From NCBI GenBank assembly GCA_021163365.1, contig JAGGWW010000012.1:1-53966 (forward strand): DNA of 53,966 nt, read 5' to 3'. Below the pieces are notes generated by a model. That model was not told where the DNA came from. It saw only the letters and a list, made by a program, of their open reading frames with translations, and made no database searches. Source of the stretch: Nanobdellota archaeon. Its GTDB lineage: Archaea > Nanobdellota > Nanobdellia > CSSed11-243R1. Positions 44,621-53,927 of the stretch are shown here, in pieces; positions within the stretch are counted from its first letter, which is position 1, and each line of letters starts with the position of its first letter. Both the position numbers and the translations under genes were made by a program.

Positions 44621-44815
44621 TTTACCTTTCCTTTTTCCGTAAACGCTTTTGAGCGTGCGGAAAAGGGTTTGATGCTTCAGCGAGCGCATTCGAGGCAGCA
44701 CCTTCCTCTTCCCCCAAGGAAGGGCTGCCTTATCATGCTCTCATCCTAGAGAGCACCCCTTTGCCCTATGACCCGGCTGCAGACTACTTCTAACTGAAAA
44801 GCCGGGTAGGGCAAA
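44621..44815. ncRNA. GC-rich multi-hairpin element between convergent genes (candidate structured RNA; strand and function unknown)
   Basis: At least four stable hairpins in a row: CCUUUUUCCG..ACGCU-UUUG-AGCGU..CGGAAAAGG; GGCAGC-A-CCUUCC-loop-GGAAGG-GCUGCC; UGCUCUC-AUCCUA-GAGAGCA; UGCCCUA-UGA-CCCGGCU-loop-AGCCGGG-UAGGGCA. GC content is clearly above the flanks. Confidence 0.35.
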
Positions 44816-45904
44816 TCAATTAAAACCCTTAGCATGATTTACAATATTTTCAAGTTGCGCTTTTGAATTAACTTGGTTAATTACGTAAACCCTTGGAAAC
44901 CTTCTCATTGGGTCTATTGAAGGATGATGCCAAATTTCTTTAATCTCATGAGGGGCATCCTTTATTAATTTTATAAAGTCTTCATCATAAACAACTTCCA
45001 TTATTTTAACATTAGTATCTGGAATTAATCTTAAGTCGACATTTCCAATCTCATAATTCCAATAACAATTTCCATCATCTTCAAGAACAATGCCTGTTCT
45101 TTTTGCACCAAAATCTTTTAACCATTTAGAAATTTTTCCCATCTGATATTTAACATCTGAAGTATAATTTTCACAATCCTTTACGCAATTAAATGTGAAC
45201 TTTCTTCCTAATTGATTTTTAACAATATCTGAAAGGATATCATTCTTTAAAAGCTCAACATCAATTTCAAAAAGTTTTTTTCCTTCTATGTATCTCATTT
45301 GAAGCTCTTTTACAACTAAATCAGGGGTTATATTATATGGTATAAAAATCTCATCACCAATTAAAGGCTTGCAACGATTAATTCTATCTTCAAGCCCAAG
45401 TTCATATGCAACAACATTTGCAGCAATATGTGTGCAAACAACAGCATAAACCCTGCTTTCATCAGAAATCCTTGAATAAACAGCTTCCTCACATCCGCAA
45501 ACAACATCATACAAACTGCTTACTTCTCCATGTTTTTGCATTAACCCTTTTATTGCAGTTAAATGAACAGTTGGATTTCTATAGCCAGTGCTTCCTTTTC
45601 TTCCACCATGACTTCTTGATTTAACAATAGCATTAGAAACAGTTCCACCATCTGATATTTTTAAAACACCTTGTCTTTTAATTAAATTTAAACTTCCTTT
45701 AACTCTTTTAACACCATTTTCAAGCTCTGAAAAAGAATAATTAGAATGTTCTCTCCAAACTTGTTTCAACTCCTTTTCTGGCCAAACCATTGCATATGCT
45801 TCTGCAAATCTTGATGGAGGAAAAACAATAGTTCTATGTTGTGTATTATAAGCAATGCCATAGCCCCTTGGTATTAAACCAAAGTTAACTGTGTTCTTTG
45901 GCAT
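44816..45904 (-). CDS. hypothetical protein with SWIM-type zinc finger
   Basis: 362 aa. VVCGCEEAVYSRISDESRVYAVVCTHIAANV fits CxCx(n)CxH, with the CxHI(A) context typical of SWIM. Confidence 0.5.
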   Translation of the reverse strand: MPKNTVNFGLIPRGYGIAYNTQHRTIVFPPSRFAEAYAMVWPEKELKQVWREHSNYSFSELENGVKRVKGSLNLIKRQGVLKISDGGTVSNAIVKSRSHGGRKGSTGYRNPTVHLTAIKGLMQKHGEVSSLYDVVCGCEEAVYSRISDESRVYAVVCTHIAANVVAYELGLEDRINRCKPLIGDEIFIPYNITPDLVVKELQMRYIEGKKLFEIDVELLKNDILSDIVKNQLGRKFTFNCVKDCENYTSDVKYQMGKISKWLKDFGAKRTGIVLEDDGNCYWNYEIGNVDLRLIPDTNVKIMEVVYDEDFIKLIKDAPHEIKEIWHHPSIDPMRRFPRVYVINQVNSKAQLENIVNHAKGFN

Positions 45905-46018
45905 TTATTACTCACCAGTAAAATCTAAAAGTTAATTGCTTATAATTTTTATGAAAATTTAAAAATAGAAAGATTTATAAATGAGTAACTACTTCTTAAT
46001 GATAACAGGTGAGGTGGG

Positions 46019-46405
46019 ATGGATATAGGTTATAAAATAAATATAAAGGGATTAAATAACTGGGAAAAAGAAAAAGTTAAAGAGGCTGCAATAGAGCAAC
46101 TTAGTGTCTTACTTGAAGAGATGGATAAAAAGAGCAAAATAGCTGTTAAAAACAATGGAGATGAACTCTTAGTATTAGCAAATCCACAATATGAATTAAA
46201 TGGCAACACACTTTATTTTCTTGGGATACTTGATGGATTATATAATAGAATATTCCAAGAAGCACAAGCAGATTATACTGTTGTTTTAGGAAATAAAGAA
46301 ATTAAACCAGAAGGAATAGCAGTTCAATGGCTTGCAGCAAAGGAGTTCGGAAGTCCTTATGCAAATTGGTTAGAAAAACAGTTAACAAAGCTTGTAAATA
46401 CATAA
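46019..46405 (+). CDS. hypothetical protein
   Basis: 128-aa ORF with a GGTGAGGTGGG SD upstream and no recognised motif. Confidence 0.45.
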   Translation: MDIGYKINIKGLNNWEKEKVKEAAIEQLSVLLEEMDKKSKIAVKNNGDELLVLANPQYELNGNTLYFLGILDGLYNRIFQEAQADYTVVLGNKEIKPEGIAVQWLAAKEFGSPYANWLEKQLTKLVNT

Positions 46406-46462
46406 CCAAAAGATTTATAAATCAAAAAATTTCACGATTTGAAACTATCAAGAGGTGAAAAG

Positions 46463-46657
46463 ATGAATTACAAGTTAATAATACAACCTGGAAGTCAACC
46501 AAGTGGTGCATATAAGATAAAGCTAGATGCATATATGCCTCTCCGCGCAACAATAGGCGATGTTCCAAACAATATTCCACCAAACACATATGGAAAGATG
46601 ATTGGTGGAATATATAGACAACTAAATAATTTATTAGATATTGGTAAGAAAAAGTAA
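46463..46657 (+). CDS. hypothetical small protein
   Basis: 64 aa counted from the ATG at 46463, which is preceded by AGAGGTGA at ideal spacing. The track ORF begins at an upstream TTG. Confidence 0.4.
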   Translation: MNYKLIIQPGSQPSGAYKIKLDAYMPLRATIGDVPNNIPPNTYGKMIGGIYRQLNNLLDIGKKK

Positions 46658-46688
46658 ATTAATAAACTGCTTCTTCTTTTATTTTTGT

Positions 46689-47954
46689 ATGGCTAAGCCA
46701 GGAGATTTAGTTGAGATTGTAACAAAAAACAAAAAGTATGTTGGTATCTTGATGCCAAAACCAGAAATAATTAAGAGCAATACAATTGTCATTAAGCTTG
46801 ATTCTGGATACAACATTGGTATTGAAAAAAAGAAGATTAAAAAAATTAAAGTAATTAAAAAAGCAAAAAAGGGAAAGAAAAAGAACATAAAAATAAAACA
46901 AAGTAAAAAGCTTCCAACTGTTTCAATTCTTTCAACTGGTGGAACAATTTCTTCAAAAGTGGATTATAAAACAGGAGGAACCTATGCATCTTTAACAGCA
47001 GAAGATTTCATTCAGCTTGAACCAAAGATTTTAAAATTCGCAAACATAAGAGCAAAGCAAATAGAACAAATCATGAGTGAAGACATGACTCCAGAGCATT
47101 GGATTAAAATAGCAAAAGAAGTTTATAAAGAGTTAAACAAAAAAGAGGTTTCTGGTGTTGTAATAACACATGGTACAGATACAATGCATTACACAGCTGC
47201 TATGCTTTCTTTTATGTTCCCAAAACTTTCAAAGCCAATTGTGCTGGTTGGTGCTCAACGCTCAACAGATAGAGGTAGCAGTGACACTTTTATGAACTTG
47301 ATTTGTTCTGTTATTGCTGCAACACAAAAGATTGGAGAGGTTATGGTTTGCATGCATGCAACAACAAATGATGACTTCTGCTATCTCCATCGTGGAACAA
47401 AAGTTAGAAAAATGCACACAAGCAGGAGAGATGCTTTTAGATCCATAAACCAAATGCCAATTGCAAAAATATGGCCAGATGGAAGAATCAAATTTTTAAT
47501 TAATTACAAAAAACCAGATAAAACCAATGAATTAAACATAAAAATAAACAAAAAAGTAGCTCTCATCTATGTTTATCCTGGAATAAATCAAAATATTATT
47601 GATTATTATTTGAACAAAGGATATAAAGGGATAGTCATAGCAGGAACTGGCTTAGGACATGTTCCAACATATTTAATTCAAAAAATTAAAAAAGCAGTTA
47701 AAAAAGGAGTTGCTGTTTGCATAACATCCCAGTGCTTTTATGGAAGAACACATTCATTTGTATATTCTAATTTAAGAAGGTTATCGCAAACTGGAGCAAT
47801 ATTTTGTGAGGACATGCTTCCAGAAGTAGCTTATGTTAAACTTATGCATGTTTTAGGAAAAACAAAAAAATTGGAAAAAATAAAAGAATTAATGCAAAAG
47901 AACATTGCTGGAGAAATTAATCCAATTATTTCAAAAGATATGTTTTTGGTGTGA
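46689..47954 (+). CDS. gatD: Glu-tRNA(Gln) amidotransferase subunit D
   Basis: N-terminal MAKPGDLVEIVT beta-domain and an asparaginase-like core (LSTGGTISSK, ITHGTDTM). Start taken at 46689 rather than the track's 46641. Confidence 0.9.
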   Translation: MAKPGDLVEIVTKNKKYVGILMPKPEIIKSNTIVIKLDSGYNIGIEKKKIKKIKVIKKAKKGKKKNIKIKQSKKLPTVSILSTGGTISSKVDYKTGGTYASLTAEDFIQLEPKILKFANIRAKQIEQIMSEDMTPEHWIKIAKEVYKELNKKEVSGVVITHGTDTMHYTAAMLSFMFPKLSKPIVLVGAQRSTDRGSSDTFMNLICSVIAATQKIGEVMVCMHATTNDDFCYLHRGTKVRKMHTSRRDAFRSINQMPIAKIWPDGRIKFLINYKKPDKTNELNIKINKKVALIYVYPGINQNIIDYYLNKGYKGIVIAGTGLGHVPTYLIQKIKKAVKKGVAVCITSQCFYGRTHSFVYSNLRRLSQTGAIFCEDMLPEVAYVKLMHVLGKTKKLEKIKELMQKNIAGEINPIISKDMFLV

Positions 47955-49819
47955 ATATGGATTACAAAAAAATAGGGTTAAAATGCGGATTAGAAATTCA
48001 TCAACAGCTTGATACGCACAAGCTTTTTTGTAAATGTCCTTCTGTTTTAAGAGACGATACTCCACATTTTGAAGTTAAAAGAAAGCTAAAAGCAGTTGCA
48101 GGAGAAATGGGAAAAATAGACATTGCTGCAATTTCTGAGCAAGCAAGGGAAAAAATATTCGTATACGAAGGTTACAATGACACAACGTGCTTAGTTGAAT
48201 TAGATGAAGAGCCACCACATAAATTAAACCAAGAAGCATTAGAAATTGGTTTACAAATTGCACTTCTCCTTAACATGAAGCCATTTGATGAAATACAAAT
48301 TATGAGAAAAACAGTTATTGATGGTTCAAACACTTCTGGATTTCAAAGAACAGCATTAATTGCTGAAGATGGATATATAGAAACAAAAGATGGAAAGGTA
48401 CGTGTTAACATGCTTGCTTTAGAAGAGGATTCTGCAAGAAAAATAAAGGAAGCATATGGTGAAGTACGTTTTAGATTAGATAGATTAGGCATCCCTCTTG
48501 TTGAGCTAAGAACAGAACCAGATATATTTACACCAGAACAAGCAAAGGAAGCAGCAGAAAAAATTGGTTTGTTGATGAGAATGACTGGAAAAGTAAAAAG
48601 AGGGATTGGAACAATAAGACAAGATATAAATGTATCTATAAAAGGTGGGGAAAGAGTTGAAATAAAAGGAGTTCAAGAATTAAATGACATTCCAAAGATA
48701 ATTAAACTTGAAATAGAAAGGCAACAAAGCTTGATAGAGATAAGTAAAAAGCTAAAGCAAAGAAAAGCAAAGCTTGAAAAAAAATTCTTTAGTATTAAAA
48801 AAATTTTAGAGAAATCAGAATCTAACTTAGTAAAAAAAGCAATTGAAAATGAAGAAGAAATAATCGCTGTAAAGCTTTCTGGATTTGCAGGTTTATTGAA
48901 GAAAAAAATTCAAGCTGAAAGATATCTTGCTAAAGATTTAGTTGAATATGTCAAGCATTTTACAGGAATTAAAGGATTTATTCATTCTGACGAGCTTCCA
49001 AATTATGGAATCTCTGAAAACGAAGTTTTTCAAATTAAGAAGTTTTTAAATTGTAAAAACGAAGATGCATTTGCTTTTGTTTTTGCTGAAAAAGAATTAG
49101 CAGAAAAAGCACTTTCATATTTAATTGATAGATGCCAACAGTATGTAAAAGGTGTTCCAAAAGATGTTAGGGATGTAAATGATGATTGCACAACAAGATT
49201 CTTAAGGCCAATGCCTGGAGCTGCAAGAATGTATCCAGAAACTGATGAAATTCCTGTGCCAATTACAAAGGAATTGTTAAAGAAGATAAAAATACCAGAA
49301 AAGCCTGAAGAAAGACTTGCGAAGTTCAAAAAATGGGGGCTTTCAAATGATTTAGCTAATCAAATTTTGCACAGCCAAGATTTAATTACATTTGAAGAGC
49401 TTGTTAAAAGGTTTAAGAAAATCTCTCCAACAATCATTGCATCAACTCTTTTATCAACAAGAGACGAGATAAGAAAAAGATATGGTATTGAAACATCTCC
49501 AATTAAAAAGAGACATTTTGAAGAAACCTTTGAGCTGTTAGATAAAGGAAAAATAGCAAAAGAAGCAATTGTTGAGATTTTAGCTCACTTAGCTGCAAAA
49601 CCACAAATGACTGCTGAAGAAGTTGTTAAAAAATTAAAACTTCAAAAGATTTCTATAAAAGAGTTAAGAAAGATAATTAATAAAATCATTGATGAAAACG
49701 AAGAGCTTGCAAAAAACAAACAATTCAAAGTCCTCATGGGATTTGTTATGCGCAAAGTGCGTGGAAGAATTGATGGCGAAATTGTTGCAAAAGAGCTGAA
49801 AAAGGCGCTAGAGAAATGA
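47951..49819 (+). CDS. gatE: Glu-tRNA(Gln) amidotransferase subunit E
   Basis: GLKCGLEIHQQL N-terminus, the GatB/E core, an AspRS-like insertion and a C-terminal YqeY-like tail. 622 aa. Start is GTG at 47951 or ATG at 47957. Confidence 0.9.
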   Translation: MNMDYKKIGLKCGLEIHQQLDTHKLFCKCPSVLRDDTPHFEVKRKLKAVAGEMGKIDIAAISEQAREKIFVYEGYNDTTCLVELDEEPPHKLNQEALEIGLQIALLLNMKPFDEIQIMRKTVIDGSNTSGFQRTALIAEDGYIETKDGKVRVNMLALEEDSARKIKEAYGEVRFRLDRLGIPLVELRTEPDIFTPEQAKEAAEKIGLLMRMTGKVKRGIGTIRQDINVSIKGGERVEIKGVQELNDIPKIIKLEIERQQSLIEISKKLKQRKAKLEKKFFSIKKILEKSESNLVKKAIENEEEIIAVKLSGFAGLLKKKIQAERYLAKDLVEYVKHFTGIKGFIHSDELPNYGISENEVFQIKKFLNCKNEDAFAFVFAEKELAEKALSYLIDRCQQYVKGVPKDVRDVNDDCTTRFLRPMPGAARMYPETDEIPVPITKELLKKIKIPEKPEERLAKFKKWGLSNDLANQILHSQDLITFEELVKRFKKISPTIIASTLLSTRDEIRKRYGIETSPIKKRHFEETFELLDKGKIAKEAIVEILAHLAAKPQMTAEEVVKKLKLQKISIKELRKIINKIIDENEELAKNKQFKVLMGFVMRKVRGRIDGEIVAKELKKALEK

Positions 49820-50607
49820 AAATACTTGCTGCTGGAGATTTTCATGGAAAATTCCCAAATAAAATAAAAAAGTATTCAAGAGAAGTTGATTTAATCCTAT
49901 CTCCAGGAGATTTATCAGATAGAAAAGAAAGAAAATATCTTTTTAAATATGCCAAAGAAATCTCAATGGGAATCCCTTTAACAGAGTTTGTTTCAAGGAA
50001 AAAACTTGCAAATCTCTTTAAACAAAATCTAAGAAGCATGAGGTATGTTATCAAAGAATTAGATAAACTTCAAAAGCCAGTTTACATAGTCCCTGGAAAC
50101 TGCGATTTTACTGAATTAAGAATTAAGAAAAAAGTACTTAAAGAGTATGGGTTGTCTGGAAAATATCAAACAATGCAAGAAATGATTAAAAAAACAAAAA
50201 ATCTCAAACTATTATTCCATTCAAGAATTAAGCTAAAAGAATTTGATTTAATTGGCTTTTCTATTTATTCTTATTTAAAAAACCCATTAAAAGTTTTAAA
50301 AAAGCTGTTTTCAAAATCAAAAAGAAAAACGCTGCTCTTAACTCATGAACCACCATACAAAACAAAGTTAGACAAAGTAAATAATCCAAAATCACCAATG
50401 AATGGAAAACATGTCGGAGTAAAAATATACAATACAATAGATAAAAAGTATAAACCATTGTTGCACATTTGTGGACACATTCATGAAGCACAAGGTAAAA
50501 CAAGAATTGGAAATACAATTGTTATTAACACTGGCTATGGTGGAGCAGGACATTTTGCATTAATTGAAATAAATAAAGGAAAGATTTCAAATATCCTCTT
50601 AAAGTGA
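49816..50607 (+). CDS. calcineurin-like metallophosphoesterase
   Basis: AAGDFHG, PGDLSD, PGNCD, THEPP and GHIHE motifs occur in the canonical order. Confidence 0.7.
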   Translation: MKILAAGDFHGKFPNKIKKYSREVDLILSPGDLSDRKERKYLFKYAKEISMGIPLTEFVSRKKLANLFKQNLRSMRYVIKELDKLQKPVYIVPGNCDFTELRIKKKVLKEYGLSGKYQTMQEMIKKTKNLKLLFHSRIKLKEFDLIGFSIYSYLKNPLKVLKKLFSKSKRKTLLLTHEPPYKTKLDKVNNPKSPMNGKHVGVKIYNTIDKKYKPLLHICGHIHEAQGKTRIGNTIVINTGYGGAGHFALIEINKGKISNILLK

Positions 50608-50643
50608 GTAAATTATTAAAATAAAGAATACCCTCTTTATCTT

Positions 50644-51015
50644 ATGAAAAAAGAAGTTAATTATGTTTTAAACAAATTAAAAAAGATACCAGAAGTTCAG
50701 GCAGTAATTCTTTTTGGCTCTTATGCAAAAAAAGAACAAAAACCATATTCTGATATAGATATAGCAGTGGTTTTAAATCCAATAAATGAAGAGGTAGAGG
50801 ATGAGATATTTTCTCTATCTTCAAACTCGTTGGATGTCGTCCCATTTAACAAGGTTCCACTTTATATTCAATTTGAAATTTTGAAACATGGAAAAATTTT
50901 ATTTATGAAAAACAAAAGATTTTTTACGGATTTGGTTTATAAAATAATTAGCAACTATCTTGAACAAACAAGAATGTACAAAATCATTGGTGAGCAGATT
51001 GGAGCTAAGATTTAA
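50644..51015 (+). CDS. minimal nucleotidyltransferase (MNT-type antitoxin)
   Basis: ILFGSYAKKEQKPYSDIDIAVV (GSx10-12DxD) in a 123-aa protein. Confidence 0.75.
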   Translation: MKKEVNYVLNKLKKIPEVQAVILFGSYAKKEQKPYSDIDIAVVLNPINEEVEDEIFSLSSNSLDVVPFNKVPLYIQFEILKHGKILFMKNKRFFTDLVYKIISNYLEQTRMYKIIGEQIGAKI

Positions 51016-51394
51016 AACAATTGCTTTAAGAATATTAAAGCACATAAAAACTTCTAGAGAGTTAGTTAGAGAAAACTTAGATGATAAAAAAATTTTCGAC
51101 GCTCTTTCAATGAATTGCTTTCAAACTGTCAATTCTTTAATTGATTTAGCAGAGCTCATAGTTTCAAAGAAATTACTTGGGTTTCCTGCTAACTATTCAG
51201 AACTTTTTGAACTTTTGCATAAAGGAAAAATAATAACAAAAGATGAATTGAAAGCATTTAAAAAGCTAATAAAATATAGAAATTTAATCGCACATGAGTA
51301 TTACCAAATAACTAAAAAAGAAATATATAACATGGTTTCACTTTTCACACATATTGAAAGATTATTAAAAAAGGCCTCCAAGTTGATAAAATGA
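50960..51394 (+). CDS. HEPN/DUF86 (HepT-type toxin) protein
   Basis: YRNLIAHEY carries the Rx4H HEPN motif. The start is uncertain: in-frame TTG/GTG at 50987/50990 would shorten the overlap with the MNT gene. Confidence 0.7.
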   Translation: MNKQECTKSLVSRLELRFKTIALRILKHIKTSRELVRENLDDKKIFDALSMNCFQTVNSLIDLAELIVSKKLLGFPANYSELFELLHKGKIITKDELKAFKKLIKYRNLIAHEYYQITKKEIYNMVSLFTHIERLLKKASKLIK

Positions 51395-52032
51395 CACCAA
51401 TCCCACAAATACCTTCAAAAAAGGACTTAGCAATAATCCTTTCAGCAATTGAAGGATTTAAAGAACCAATTGCAGAACTTGAGCAATATATGACACCTTC
51501 TGAAATCGCAGCTGAGCTTCTATGGATAGCATTTATGGATGAAAACATAAAAGGAAAAGAAGTAATTGACTTAGGATGTGGCACTGGAATCTTTGCTTTT
51601 GGAGCAGCTCTTCTTGGTGCAAAATATGTGATAGGTTATGACATCGACAAAAAAGCATTGAAAATTGCAAGAAAAAATAAAAAAATAATTCAAGGCACAA
51701 AAATTCCAATCTCAAAAATAAGATTTATTCAAAAAGATGTTAAGGATGTTAAAAGAAAATGCGACACTGTAATAATGAACCCCCCATTTGGGGTTCAAAA
51801 AAAAGGCGCTGATAGAGTTTTTCTAAAAAAAGCGTTTGAGATTTCTAAAGTTGTTTATTCGATTCATAAACAAGGAAGTGATAAATTCTTAAAAGCATTT
51901 TCAAAAGAGCATGGGTTTAAAGCAATAAGGCTTGGAAAAAGAACTTTTGTTTTAAAGCCAACAATGCATTTTCATGAAAAATTCAGATACCCTGTAAAAG
52001 TAACCTTGTGGAAATTTATCACCAAAAGGTAA
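51391..52032 (+). CDS. class I SAM-dependent N6-adenine-type methyltransferase (METTL5-like)
   Basis: SAM motif I VIDLGCGTGIF, YDID, and catalytic NPPFG. 213 aa. Confidence 0.7.
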   Translation: MTPIPQIPSKKDLAIILSAIEGFKEPIAELEQYMTPSEIAAELLWIAFMDENIKGKEVIDLGCGTGIFAFGAALLGAKYVIGYDIDKKALKIARKNKKIIQGTKIPISKIRFIQKDVKDVKRKCDTVIMNPPFGVQKKGADRVFLKKAFEISKVVYSIHKQGSDKFLKAFSKEHGFKAIRLGKRTFVLKPTMHFHEKFRYPVKVTLWKFITKR

Positions 52033-52062
52033 GTTTATAAACACATTCTTCATTGAATTTTT

Positions 52063-53052
52063 ATGGTGCTCTTAGATGAATTTAAAGAATTAGAAAAAAT
52101 GGGGTATATAAATGAGGGTTTAAAAAGACAATTACAAAAGCTTGGTTCTGATTTAGAAACATATGAAAGAGAAAAAGGTAAAAAACAAAAAGAGATCGAT
52201 TCTCTTGATGAAGTTATAAACGAATTAGAATTAGCACTAAGTGAAGCAAGAGAAACACACAACAAAAAATTGGAGGAAGTAGTTAAAATCTCTAATAAGT
52301 TTGAACTTGATAAAATAAAAAGCAAAGTTGAAGGAGAATACAACACAATAATAGAGATGACTTACAAACTTCAGAAAAGAAAAGAATTAAGGAATAAATT
52401 ACAAGGAGAGCTTGCAGAGATAATTGAAAAAGGTTCCAAGGTAACAGCATATGCTGATGAAGCAAGAAGCTACATAAGAAAAGTAAAAGAATTAGCTGAT
52501 GTGATAGAAAACTTAGAAAAAGAAAGGGGCGAAACATGCAGTAAGTTTAAAGAAGAAATACCAACAGAAACATACCATGCTTACATTTTCCTTAGAAGAC
52601 TAATAGAAGGAATGCTAGAGAAAAAACATGAATACATTGATGAGATTGGACTTGATTTCTTAACAAAAGAAAAAAGAAAAGGGAAGGGAAGGAAAAAAAT
52701 ATACTTAAAACCAGAACAAGTAACATTAACACCACAGAATATAAACGAATTCTGTGGAAAAATACTTAATTATTGTCAAGGAAAGGCAGGAACAATTCTT
52801 GGAGAAGAAGTTGATAATGTGTTCAAAGAAATAGCTGAGAAGTGCAAAGTAAAAGAGTACCTACCAAACACATTGCTTGAGTGGATAACTAATTTAAAAC
52901 CATTAAATAATTCAGAGAAGTTATCCTTATGCGAACAGTATGCAACAAAAGAATCAGACTATAAAACAAAGATACATAACATCAAAAGCAGGATTGATAT
53001 TGAAACAGCTAACATTATGTCAATGTTAGAAAAAGGAGGCTATAAAGCGTAG
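52063..53052 (+). CDS. coiled-coil hypothetical protein
   Basis: 329 aa. The N-terminal two thirds are heptad-like K/E/L-rich. Confidence 0.45.
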   Translation: MVLLDEFKELEKMGYINEGLKRQLQKLGSDLETYEREKGKKQKEIDSLDEVINELELALSEARETHNKKLEEVVKISNKFELDKIKSKVEGEYNTIIEMTYKLQKRKELRNKLQGELAEIIEKGSKVTAYADEARSYIRKVKELADVIENLEKERGETCSKFKEEIPTETYHAYIFLRRLIEGMLEKKHEYIDEIGLDFLTKEKRKGKGRKKIYLKPEQVTLTPQNINEFCGKILNYCQGKAGTILGEEVDNVFKEIAEKCKVKEYLPNTLLEWITNLKPLNNSEKLSLCEQYATKESDYKTKIHNIKSRIDIETANIMSMLEKGGYKA

Positions 53053-53087
53053 GTGTTATAAACTTTGACTTTCTTCTTTTTTTTAAA

Positions 53088-53588
53088 ATGAAATTTGAGA
53101 TATTAGAAAAAAGATGTAAAGAATGCGCTGAAGAATTTTTAGAACAACTTGAACTACTTCCAATATTTCTTAATTATTATCCAGATGTTAGAGAAGACTG
53201 GCTTGAAGAAATCGGCTTAACAAAAGCAGATATTAAGAGAATTAAAAAAGTTGTAGATGAGTATGCTAGAAGAAAAGTTGAACTTGAAAACAAGAGACTA
53301 CCACAAAAAAGAAAAGAAGTAATACAAATTGAAGATGAAGTTTTAAAACAAATGTATGAGGGGAAACTCATAAAAATTAAAAAAACAAAAGCTCCAAAAA
53401 AGACAGCAAAGCAGCTTATAAAAGAGATGTATCCAAACTGTGCAATCATAGATGACGAGAAACTTAGAAAGCTTGAAACACTTACATTATTTAAAGAACA
53501 TCAAAAAAGATTTCCAATGAATTTCTTGGTGTTTGATCCTGAAAAACTTAAAATAATTGGAATAGAAGTAATTGAAGAGGAGGGATAA
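53088..53588 (+). CDS. hypothetical protein
   Basis: 166-aa charged ORF with no recognised motif. Confidence 0.4.
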   Translation: MKFEILEKRCKECAEEFLEQLELLPIFLNYYPDVREDWLEEIGLTKADIKRIKKVVDEYARRKVELENKRLPQKRKEVIQIEDEVLKQMYEGKLIKIKKTKAPKKTAKQLIKEMYPNCAIIDDEKLRKLETLTLFKEHQKRFPMNFLVFDPEKLKIIGIEVIEEEG

Positions 53589-53589
53589 A

Positions 53590-53784
53590 ATGGCAACAAA
53601 AATGAGTAAAGAAGAACAAATTGGTTTTCATAAAGGTGCATTAGACACCTTAATAAAAGAAAGACAAGAGCTTTACAGACTAATAACAATAGTTGACCAA
53701 TTAATTAAATTACACGCTGAAGCATTACAAAAACTTGGTGTTAAACTAACAAAAGAAGAAGAGAGATTAGAGAAAAAATTGTAA
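53590..53784 (+). CDS. hypothetical small coiled-coil protein
   Basis: 64 aa counted from the ATG at 53590, which is preceded by GAGGAGGGA. The track ORF starts 18 nt earlier. Confidence 0.4.
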   Translation: MATKMSKEEQIGFHKGALDTLIKERQELYRLITIVDQLIKLHAEALQKLGVKLTKEEERLEKKL

Positions 53785-53927
53785 ACACTAAAAAGTAACA
53801 AATAGAAAGGTTTATATAACACAAAAAGCTTAAGATTTAAAAATGAAACCAATAGGCGATTGCCGGAACTGAAACTTTTTCTCAGTTTCTTAGAAGAATT
53901 TCTCTTTTAAAAACGGAGGTGATAAAA

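Noticed and set aside
44762-44813. Motifs resembling RNase P RNA CR-I/CR-V (GAAAAGCCGGGU and GACCCGGCU)
   Set aside because: The two motifs are simply the two arms of one hairpin 21 nt apart and are in the wrong order. No other P-RNA features are present and the element is too short. Similarly, the GAAAGUCC at 20741-20748 (minus strand) is just the 3' junction of the tRNA-Thr T-loop intron with the downstream exon.
44616-44815. Possible 5S rRNA, tRNA or C/D-box sRNA
   Set aside because: There is no terminal helix joining the 5' and 3' ends, no GTTCRA T-loop and no acceptable cloverleaf. AUGAUAA/CUGA box-like strings exist, but the spacer is a long hairpin, unlike C/D guides.
46641-46688. 16-codon N-terminal extension of gatD (MVRKSKLINCFFFYFC)
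   Set aside because: It is hydrophobic and non-homologous. GatD homology begins at MAKPGDLVEI (46689).
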